Source: Myxococcota bacterium
GTDB taxonomy: Bacteria; Myxococcota_A; Polyangia; Nannocystales; Nannocystaceae
NCBI GenBank assembly: GCA_039028615.1
Contig: JBCCHT010000024.1
Coordinates: 64,001-128,000 of the forward strand
Length of the DNA: 64,000 nt
Reading direction: 5' to 3'
Under the pieces are notes generated by a model that saw nothing but the letters and a program-made list of their open reading frames with translations, was not told where the DNA came from and searched no databases. Both the position numbers and the translations under genes were made by a program. Shown piece by piece: positions 57,130-64,000 of this stretch (its first letter is position 1; every line of letters begins with the position of its first letter).

Positions 57130-57750
57130 ATGAACAAACCGAGCCTCACGATCCTTCTCGCCAGCTTTGCCGTCGCGTGTGCCCCCTCTTTGGGAGAGGG
57201 CGCCGACGCGGGGGCCGATGACGCGGGCGAGGTGAACCCGGAGAACGGCCCCAACGTCGAGCATCTCGAGCAGGAAGAGGGCGGGGCGTGGCTCACTCGG
57301 GTCGATGCCACCTCGGACGAGGATTGGGTGTACCTCGATCTCGCCACCGGGACTCAGCTCGAGGTCGACGATCCGATGGAGGACCTCGACTGGGACATCG
57401 CCTTCCTTCGCTTTCACGTGAAGATCAACGGCGGCATCTCGGGGATGGCCGACGCCGAGGCGGCGCGGCTCGACGGTGCCGACTTCGACACCCTCGAGCA
57501 GGCTCCGGTCGACGGGTACCGCACCGACGAGATCGATGGTGACGACGACGACGAGCACCCCGACTACGCGATCCGGGACTGGTACGACTACAACATCATG
57601 ACGCACATCCTGACCCCGGCCAACGCGGTCTACGTGCTGCGCATCGGTGACACCGGGGACCACTACCGGATCGGGTTCCAGAACTACTACGACGACGCTG
57701 GCACGTCGGGCTACCAGACCTTCCTCTGGAGTCCGATCGCCGGCGATTGA
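57130..57750 (+). CDS. hmuY: Second HmuY-family lipoprotein
   Basis: FAVAC lipobox; VDATSDEDWVYLDL, WDIAFLRFHVKINGGISG, WYDY, NYYDDAGTSGY. Confidence 0.85.
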   Translation: MNKPSLTILLASFAVACAPSLGEGADAGADDAGEVNPENGPNVEHLEQEEGGAWLTRVDATSDEDWVYLDLATGTQLEVDDPMEDLDWDIAFLRFHVKINGGISGMADAEAARLDGADFDTLEQAPVDGYRTDEIDGDDDDEHPDYAIRDWYDYNIMTHILTPANAVYVLRIGDTGDHYRIGFQNYYDDAGTSGYQTFLWSPIAGD

Positions 57751-57778
57751 GCCATACACCACCAACGAGACTCCACCC

Positions 57779-58369
57779 ATGCATACGCGACTAATCCGCT
57801 CCCTTTTCCTCTCCGCCGCCGTTGCCGGCTTCGCCGGTTGTGGCGACGACTCGACGGGCGACAGCTCCGACTCGGCGAACGACGACGACACCACCACGGA
57901 CGCGGCCACCACCGAGGTGGCCACGAGCGAAGTGGCGACCACCGACGTGGCGACCACCGACGCCTCGACCACCGATGCCGCGACCACGGACGCCGAGACG
58001 ACCGACGCAGCCACCACCGACGCCGAGGACGAGAGCACCTCCGACGACGCGACGGCCGGGGCCATCGACGTCACCGTCAACTACGACGGGGCAGGCGAGG
58101 GCACCCTGACGGTGGTGGTCAACACCTCGTTCCCGCCGATGGGCCCGCCGGTCGCCTTCGTGACCGACATGGAGCCCACCTTCCCGTGGGAGGGCAGCAT
58201 CCCCGACGTGCCGGTCGGCGACTACTTCGTGTTCGCCGTGCTCGACATCGGCAACGACAACCCGACCATCCCCGGTCCCGAGGACGCCCAGAGCGACGCG
58301 GCCGAGGTCGCCGTGGACGGAGCGGGCCCCTTCCCGGCCGAGGTCACGCTGGTCGACCCGGCCCAATAG
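57779..58369 (+). CDS. Lipoprotein with a Thr/Asp pentapeptide-repeat stalk and a small beta-sandwich domain
   Basis: FAGC lipobox; about nine TTDAA-like units; GDYFVFAVLDIGND. Confidence 0.7.
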   Translation: MHTRLIRSLFLSAAVAGFAGCGDDSTGDSSDSANDDDTTTDAATTEVATSEVATTDVATTDASTTDAATTDAETTDAATTDAEDESTSDDATAGAIDVTVNYDGAGEGTLTVVVNTSFPPMGPPVAFVTDMEPTFPWEGSIPDVPVGDYFVFAVLDIGNDNPTIPGPEDAQSDAAEVAVDGAGPFPAEVTLVDPAQ

Positions 58370-58403
58370 GTCGAGACACGCCGCGGCCGAGCCGTGAGCG
58401 ACG

Positions 58404-58446
58404 AGGACGACGCGCGAAGGGAGCTCGCGCGTCGTCCTTTTTCTTT
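58404..58446 (+). terminator. Intrinsic terminator closing the hmuY/receptor operon
   Basis: GGACGACGCGCGA-AGGGAGC-TCGCGCGTCGTCC followed by TTTTTCTTT. Confidence 0.85.
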
Positions 58447-58461
58447 CGGTACCCTCTGGCG

Positions 58462-59496
58462 ATGCCTCTGCACGATCGCTATCGCCAAGGCCTGCACGAG
58501 ATCGCCGATGGCGTGTGGGCGTGGCTGCAACCGGATGGCTCGTGGGGGCTGAGCAATGCGGGGCTGCTGACCGACGGTGATGCGTCGATGCTCGTGGACA
58601 CGCTCTTCGACGTGCCGCTGACCCAGGCGATGTTGAAGGCCATGCGGGACGCGACCCCGGCTGCGCGCGACCTGGACGTGGTCGTCAATACGCACGCCAA
58701 CGGTGACCACTGCTGGGGCAATCAGCTGTGCGGTGGGGCGGAGATCGTGGCGTCGACCAAGGCGGCCGAGGAAATGCAGCGGCTCGATCCCGCGTTGGTG
58801 GCCAAGCTGGCCGCGGTGAGTCGGCTCGCGGTCAAGACCGGCGCAGTGGGCCGCATCGCCGGGCGTATGCTGTCGCGCTTGGGCGTTCGGCAGCTGGGGG
58901 CGGTGCTCGAGGCGAGCGACCTGCTCGATCGAGCCTTCGGCCGCTTCGACTTCGGCAGCGTGACCCTCACCCCGCCCACGCGGACCTTCGACGAGCACCT
59001 CCAGCTCACGGTGGGGGACACGGCGGTCGAGCTGTACGAAGTCGGGCCTTGCCACACCACGGGGGACGTCATCGTGCACGTGCCGAGCCGGGACATCGTG
59101 TTCACGGGGGACATCCTGTTCGTCGAGGCTCACCCCATCGTGTGGGAAGGGCCGGTCTCGCGCTGGATCGAGGCCTGCGATCGGATCCTCGAGCTCTCGC
59201 CCGCGTACATCGTGCCTGGTCATGGACCCTTGGCCGAGCCGTCGGACGTCCGCAACGTGCAGCACTACCTGCGCTACCTGTACGAGGAATCGGGCAAGCG
59301 CCACGCGGCGGGCATGAGCGCCCAGGATGCCGCCAAGGACATCTCGTTGGCCGAATTCCGGCACTGGGGCGAGGCCGAGCGCGTCGCGGTCAACGTGCGG
59401 ACGATCTATCGCGAGCTGGACGGCGAGACCGGATCCGAAGACGTGGTGGCGCTGTTCGGGCTCATGGCCGAGCTCGGGCGACTGCCGAGCCACTGA
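58462..59496 (+). CDS. Metallo-beta-lactamase-fold hydrolase (cyclase-like)
   Basis: SNAGL, LVDT, THANGDH, HTTGD, FTGD, VPGHG. Confidence 0.88.
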   Translation: MPLHDRYRQGLHEIADGVWAWLQPDGSWGLSNAGLLTDGDASMLVDTLFDVPLTQAMLKAMRDATPAARDLDVVVNTHANGDHCWGNQLCGGAEIVASTKAAEEMQRLDPALVAKLAAVSRLAVKTGAVGRIAGRMLSRLGVRQLGAVLEASDLLDRAFGRFDFGSVTLTPPTRTFDEHLQLTVGDTAVELYEVGPCHTTGDVIVHVPSRDIVFTGDILFVEAHPIVWEGPVSRWIEACDRILELSPAYIVPGHGPLAEPSDVRNVQHYLRYLYEESGKRHAAGMSAQDAAKDISLAEFRHWGEAERVAVNVRTIYRELDGETGSEDVVALFGLMAELGRLPSH

Positions 59497-59515
59497 GCGT
59501 GCGCCCTCGTCTCGC

Positions 59516-60115
59516 TCACTCCGACTCGGGCGGGTCCATCGCAGGGCCGATGGCCCGGGTCACCCGATCGGCGACCTGGGTCGCCAGCGAACGATCGATG
59601 CCCAGGCGCTGCATGTGCCCATCGACGAACATCGTGGCGAGGCCGTGGGCCATCGCCCGGGCGGCGACCTGAAAGAGCACGGCGTCGTCTCGCTCGTTGG
59701 GGTCGCGCAGGACCTCGGCCGCGCGCAGCCAGAAGCGATCGTTGTCGACGGGGGTATCTTCGGCGGTCGCATACTCGGGCATGCTCATCACGCGGAAGTA
59801 CCCGGGGTGGTCGGCGGCGAACTGAATCGACGCGATGCCCATGGCACGGAACTGCTCCATCGGGGTGTCGTCGGCGGCCGACTGGGCTGCGGTCATCATC
59901 TCGGCGAGACGCTCCATGCCTTCGGCGAACAGCGCCTGCATCAGCTCGCGGCGCCCGGCGAAGTGTCGGTACGGCGCGGCGGAGGACACTCCTGCGGCAC
60001 GCGCTGCTTCCGCCACGGTAAACCCGTCGGGTCCTTTCTCCTCGACGAGCCGAAGGGCTGCATCGAGCAGAGCACGCCGCAAGTGCCCGTGATGATATCC
60101 CTTTCTCGAAGGCAT
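59516..60115 (-). CDS. TetR/AcrR-family transcriptional regulator
   Basis: YHHGHLRRALLDAA...FTVAEAARAAGVSSAAPYRHF; C-terminal AHGLA. Confidence 0.92.
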   Translation of the reverse strand: MPSRKGYHHGHLRRALLDAALRLVEEKGPDGFTVAEAARAAGVSSAAPYRHFAGRRELMQALFAEGMERLAEMMTAAQSAADDTPMEQFRAMGIASIQFAADHPGYFRVMSMPEYATAEDTPVDNDRFWLRAAEVLRDPNERDDAVLFQVAARAMAHGLATMFVDGHMQRLGIDRSLATQVADRVTRAIGPAMDPPESE

Positions 60116-60174
60116 GTAAGAACGCTTTACATTGGATGATCCATGAAGTAAATGTAAGTAAGTCTTACTCACAT
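60114..60174. promoter_or_regulatory. Two palindromic TetR-operator-like sites
   Basis: ATGTAA-GAACGCT-TTACAT (60114-60132) and ATGTAAGTAAG-T-CTTACTCACAT (60152-60174) in the divergent intergenic region. Confidence 0.7.
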
Positions 60175-60190
60175 CTCCAAGGCACCTCCT

Positions 60191-61510
60191 ATGAGCTTCC
60201 AGAACATCCAGCGCACGCATCGATTCGAACCCGCCCCGGTGCAGGGCCGTATCCCGGCCGAACTCCGCGGCACCCTGTTTCGGGCCGGTCCAGGGCTCTT
60301 CGAGCGCAATGGTCGACGGATCGCGCACCCGTTCATGGCCGATGGTGCGATCGCGGCCGTCCGCCTCGAGGACGGTCGGGCGACCCGCGCGACTCGCTTC
60401 GTCGAGGGTTCTCACTTTCGCGAAGAGGAACAGGCCGGTCGATTTCTCTTCGCGGAGGGTGGCGGCTTCTTCCGTCGGCTATGGCACAGCGTCCGCGGCA
60501 CGGTGAAGTGCACGGGCAATACCAGCTTGTTCAAGTGGCAGGGCCGGATGTTTGCGCTGATGGAAGGAGGACGGCCGGTCGAGATGTCCACCGACACGCT
60601 CGACACCCTCGGCGAGCGCGATCTGGGGGTCATCCCGCGGGCCTTCTCGGCGCATCCGCACTACGTGCCGAGCCGAGCCGCGACCTTCAACTTCGGCGTT
60701 CGTTATGGCCGCACCATGCAGCTCGACCTCTTCGCCCTTCCCGACGAGGGCCCGGCGCAGCGGATGTCCACCATCGACGTCGAGCGGCGCACGATGATCC
60801 ACGACTTCATCGCCACCGACAATCACCTGGTGTTCTACGTCGGTCCCGTCGATCTCGACATCAAGCGCATCCTGCTCGGCATCGGCAGCATCGACACGTG
60901 GTTTCGCTGGAGGCCCGAGCTCGGTGCTCACTTCCTCGTCGTGCCCATCGACCAACCCGAGCGGGTGCGCAAGGTCGAGGCACCGCCGTTTTGGGTCTGG
61001 CACTACGCCAACGCCTTCGAAGACGGCGACGACCTGGTCCTGGATCTCAGCCGGCACAAAAACCTCGACTCGCTGGCGGCCCTGGGCGGCCAAGGGGAGG
61101 TTGCGCCCCCCAAGCTGCATCGCATGCGGATCCGGGCCTCGAACGAGGTCGAGTCCGAGGAGCTGTCGGACATCCCGGCCGAGTTCCCCGTGGTGCGGCG
61201 CGAAGAGAAGGCGCGCCGCTATCAGTCGCTGTGGGGCATCGCGCAGGCCGAGCCCTCGCGTACCGGCCTCGGTCGCTTCGATCTCGACGGAGGCCGGGCC
61301 GACACCTGGGTGCCGTCCGAGGGCGAGGAAGCGACCGAGCCCGTGCTCGATACCAGCGAGCGCTGGGCCATGAGCTTGGTGCAGGGGCGCGAGGAGAGTG
61401 CGGTCGCCATCTTCGCGGCGGATGCAATCGCCGACGGTCCCGTCGCGACGGTGGGGCTGGGTCAGCGGTTCCCCATCACCTACCACGGAGTCTGGCACTC
61501 GGCCGCGTAG
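60191..61510 (+). CDS. Carotenoid-cleavage/RPE65-family non-heme iron dioxygenase
   Basis: GRIPAELRGTLFRAGP, HPFMADG; four Fe-ligand His in FSAHP, MIHDF, WHYANAFE and YHGVW; EFP. Confidence 0.9.
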   Translation: MSFQNIQRTHRFEPAPVQGRIPAELRGTLFRAGPGLFERNGRRIAHPFMADGAIAAVRLEDGRATRATRFVEGSHFREEEQAGRFLFAEGGGFFRRLWHSVRGTVKCTGNTSLFKWQGRMFALMEGGRPVEMSTDTLDTLGERDLGVIPRAFSAHPHYVPSRAATFNFGVRYGRTMQLDLFALPDEGPAQRMSTIDVERRTMIHDFIATDNHLVFYVGPVDLDIKRILLGIGSIDTWFRWRPELGAHFLVVPIDQPERVRKVEAPPFWVWHYANAFEDGDDLVLDLSRHKNLDSLAALGGQGEVAPPKLHRMRIRASNEVESEELSDIPAEFPVVRREEKARRYQSLWGIAQAEPSRTGLGRFDLDGGRADTWVPSEGEEATEPVLDTSERWAMSLVQGREESAVAIFAADAIADGPVATVGLGQRFPITYHGVWHSAA

Positions 61511-61557
61511 TGGGTCGTTCGTCGGTGACGCGCCTCCGATGCTCGAGCGGGCCCGCG

Positions 61558-64000
61558 TCAGCTGGGGTGCTCGGCCAGCCAGGCTTCCGCGGCGATGCGC
61601 ACGTCTTCGTAGCGTTCCCCTCTCGAGGCGCCGTCGAGCGAGCTCGTGGCGAGCTGTCGGGCGCGCCGTCGCTGGCCGTCACCCCACAGCGCTCGGGCGA
61701 GCTCGAGCTGAAGCTTGGGTTCGGGGCTGCGCGGCGTCTTGTTGTTGCCGATGACCGCGACGGCCCGCTCGTAGTGACCAATGGCCTCCGCATGGCGACC
61801 GGTCTCGAGCGCGACGCGGCCCAGGCAGGTGAGCGACATGTCGAGGTCCGGGTGGTCGTCGCCCAAGATCTTCTCGTTGAGGCTCAGCGAGCGCAGACAG
61901 TAGGGCTCGGCGGCGGCAAAGTCCTCGCGCTGGACGTGCAGCGAGCCCACGTTGTGCAGCGCGAACGCGACCTTGGGGTGCTCGGCGCCATAGGCCGTCT
62001 CGTAGACCGAGAGGGCCCGCTCGTAGCTCGAGAGCGCTTCGTCGAAGCGTTTTTGCCGGACGCGGACGTTGCCGAGGTTGAGGTGGGCACTGGCGACCCA
62101 CGGGTGCTTGGGCCCGACCGCCCCCCGATAGATCTCCAGCACGCGCTCGAGCTCGGCCGCGGCTTCATCCAGGCGCCCCGTGGCCTTGAGCACGATCGCG
62201 ATGTTGTTGCGCTGCCGCCCCACGTCGGAGTGGTCGGGCCCGTGGAGGCCGACGCTCACCGCCAGCGCGCGGCGAGCATGGGACTCGGCCTGCTCGAGGT
62301 TGCCGCGACGATAGGCGAGCTGGGCGAGGTTGTTGATGACGTCGATGACCTCCGGGGCCCAACCGTCGGGGGTGGCTTGCTCGTGGATCCGCTTCGCTCG
62401 CAGGTACGCCTGCTCGGCGTCGTCGAAGCGCCCCTGGTCGAACAGCGCGGTGCCCAAGTCGTTGGAGGCCTCGGCGACGGCGGGGTGCTCGAGGCCCAGG
62501 GCTCCCTCGAGCAGCACGATGGCCCGGCGGTGTTCGGCCTCCGCGTCCGCGTAGCGCCCCGCTCGGCCGAGGGTCTGGCCCAGCCTTGAGTGCACGGCCG
62601 CGACCTCCGGGTGCTCGGGTCCGAGCTTGGCGATGTACTGCCGCAGCACGTCGCGGTAGATCGCCTCGGCTTCCTTGGATTTCGACTGCTCGGCGAGCAC
62701 CTCGGCCAAGCTCAAGCGAGCGCCGAGGACCTGGAGGTGCTCGTCTCCATGGGACCGGAGCAGGCGCTCGAGGGCCTGGCGATGGGCGGCCTCGGCCTCG
62801 TCCGGCTTGCCATCGACCAGCAGCACGATTCCCCGTCCGCGGTGCAGCGCGGCCACGAGGTCGTCGCCGAGGCCCCATCGCTCGGCCAGGTCCATGCCCA
62901 TGTCGGCGAGCAGCAGCGCCTCGGCGGGGCGGGACTGAGACGAGCCCACGATCTCGAGCAAACGAACGATCGCGTCGGTGGCGACGCGGTGGCTGCCGGA
63001 GCGAATGGCCAGGCTCATGGCCTCTCGTAGGGCCTCCTCGGCATCGGCGGGCCGGGCGAGGCGATCGAGCAGGGTTCCCCGAAGCAGCAAGACCTCCGCT
63101 TGCAGCGGGGCGTGGGCGATCGCGTCGGCACGCTCGCGCACGGGCTCGAGGCCGCCGAGTGCTTCGTCGTAGCGCCCGGCTCTGCTCTGCCAGGCCAGCT
63201 CGGCCAGCGTGGCCTGCAGCTGCTCGACGTCCTCGAGGTGTTGCGGATCGACGGGGGCCCGCCGAGCGTCGGTGAGCGCTTCGACGTCGGCGCAGCGAGA
63301 CAGGCGAGGCAGGCCGGCCACCACGTCGCGCGTGCGTTCGACGACGGTCGCGTCGGCGTCCTCGAGCACGGACACGGCCGCTCGTAGCTGGTCGCGGGCA
63401 TCGTGCAGGCACGCCATGCGCAGATCGAGGACTTCGGTGCTCTGCTCTCCGCGGATGGCAGTGGCCTCGCAGGTGTCGGTATGCAGCTCGACCCAGCGGC
63501 CCTCGTATTCGTCGAGCTCCGCCTCCACCAGCGCCCAGGCATCCGCGGCGTAGCCGACGTCGGTCTCGAGCAGCGCCGATTGTACGGACTCCCGCTGCGA
63601 AGGCCCCCAGATGGAGTCGAGCTGGGCTGCGGCTCCGGAGCACTGCGGTGAGCCGGGAAGCAGTGCCCACAGCCCGAGGGTGGCGACCGTGGCCGCGCCC
63701 ATCGTGGTCAACCAGACGCGACGGCGGGCTCCGACGGAACGCTCGAGCGCGTCGAGCAGCACCCCCATGGACGAGTGGCGGGCGGCGGGATCGGGCGCGA
63801 GTCCGCTGCGGAGGGCTTCGACGACGCCACGGGGAATGCGGTGACCACGGGGCGGCTCGGGAGGCCCCTTTTTCTTCTGCGCGAAGAGGAACCCTCGGAA
63901 GGGCCGCTCGCCGAACAAGCCCTCCCACAGGGTCACGCAGAACGCGTACTGGTCGGCGCGGTCGTTCGTGGCGTGACCCTGGTGTTGTTCCGGGGCCATA
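61558..64000 (-). CDS. Ser/Thr protein kinase-TPR protein (N-terminus lies beyond the right edge)
   Basis: Begins in kinase subdomain VIII (YMAPEQ, DQYAFCVTLWE), then a transmembrane segment and many HPxVA TPR repeats. Confidence 0.9.
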   Translation of the reverse strand, partial: MAPEQHQGHATNDRADQYAFCVTLWEGLFGERPFRGFLFAQKKKGPPEPPRGHRIPRGVVEALRSGLAPDPAARHSSMGVLLDALERSVGARRRVWLTTMGAATVATLGLWALLPGSPQCSGAAAQLDSIWGPSQRESVQSALLETDVGYAADAWALVEAELDEYEGRWVELHTDTCEATAIRGEQSTEVLDLRMACLHDARDQLRAAVSVLEDADATVVERTRDVVAGLPRLSRCADVEALTDARRAPVDPQHLEDVEQLQATLAELAWQSRAGRYDEALGGLEPVRERADAIAHAPLQAEVLLLRGTLLDRLARPADAEEALREAMSLAIRSGSHRVATDAIVRLLEIVGSSQSRPAEALLLADMGMDLAERWGLGDDLVAALHRGRGIVLLVDGKPDEAEAAHRQALERLLRSHGDEHLQVLGARLSLAEVLAEQSKSKEAEAIYRDVLRQYIAKLGPEHPEVAAVHSRLGQTLGRAGRYADAEAEHRRAIVLLEGALGLEHPAVAEASNDLGTALFDQGRFDDAEQAYLRAKRIHEQATPDGWAPEVIDVINNLAQLAYRRGNLEQAESHARRALAVSVGLHGPDHSDVGRQRNNIAIVLKATGRLDEAAAELERVLEIYRGAVGPKHPWVASAHLNLGNVRVRQKRFDEALSSYERALSVYETAYGAEHPKVAFALHNVGSLHVQREDFAAAEPYCLRSLSLNEKILGDDHPDLDMSLTCLGRVALETGRHAEAIGHYERAVAVIGNNKTPRSPEPKLQLELARALWGDGQRRRARQLATSSLDGASRGERYEDVRIAAEAWLAEHPS

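Noticed and set aside
58462..59496. Metallo-beta-lactamase as an antibiotic-resistance gene
   Set aside because: No signal peptide, and the HANGDH motif context matches cyclase-like MBL-fold hydrolases.
60136..62589. 817-aa plus-strand ORF
   Set aside because: Off-frame over the oxygenase and antisense to the kinase-TPR gene; low-complexity Arg/Ala/Gly content.

Overview
High-GC (~70%) bacterial chromosome segment. Its gene content is typical of Myxococcota, most like Nannocystaceae: Ser/Thr kinase-TPR proteins, ECF sigma factors paired with kinases, and many Cys-rich lipoproteins with acidic Gly/Thr/Ser linkers. About 50 plausible CDSs tile the window; most other ORFs in the six-frame track are antisense or shadow frames. 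I saw no rRNA, tRNA, CRISPR array, integrase or transposase. Best candidate for an undescribed system (9333-10960, minus strand): an RNA ligase with an N-terminal tRNA-binding OB fold, an Rnl2-type core and an Rnl2-type C-domain. It sits behind a sigma70-like promoter, an unannotated 37-codon leader ORF and a four-segment (1:2 / 2:3 / 3:4) attenuator ending in an intrinsic terminator, suggesting RNA repair induced by translation stress. Other highlights: a ribbon-helix-helix/zinc-ribbon regulator divergent from a fatty-acid desaturase with two TGTATTACA palindromes; a locus with Fur-box-like sites (HmuY, TonB-dependent receptor, HmuY) opposite a Kelch lipoprotein; an orphan CxxxY-type CcmE; a lipoprotein with a thrombospondin C-terminal domain; a six-repeat FG-GAP-like lipoprotein; and a TetR/carotenoid-oxygenase pair with operators. 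All calls come from reading motifs by eye; no database searches were run, and many start codons are best guesses.
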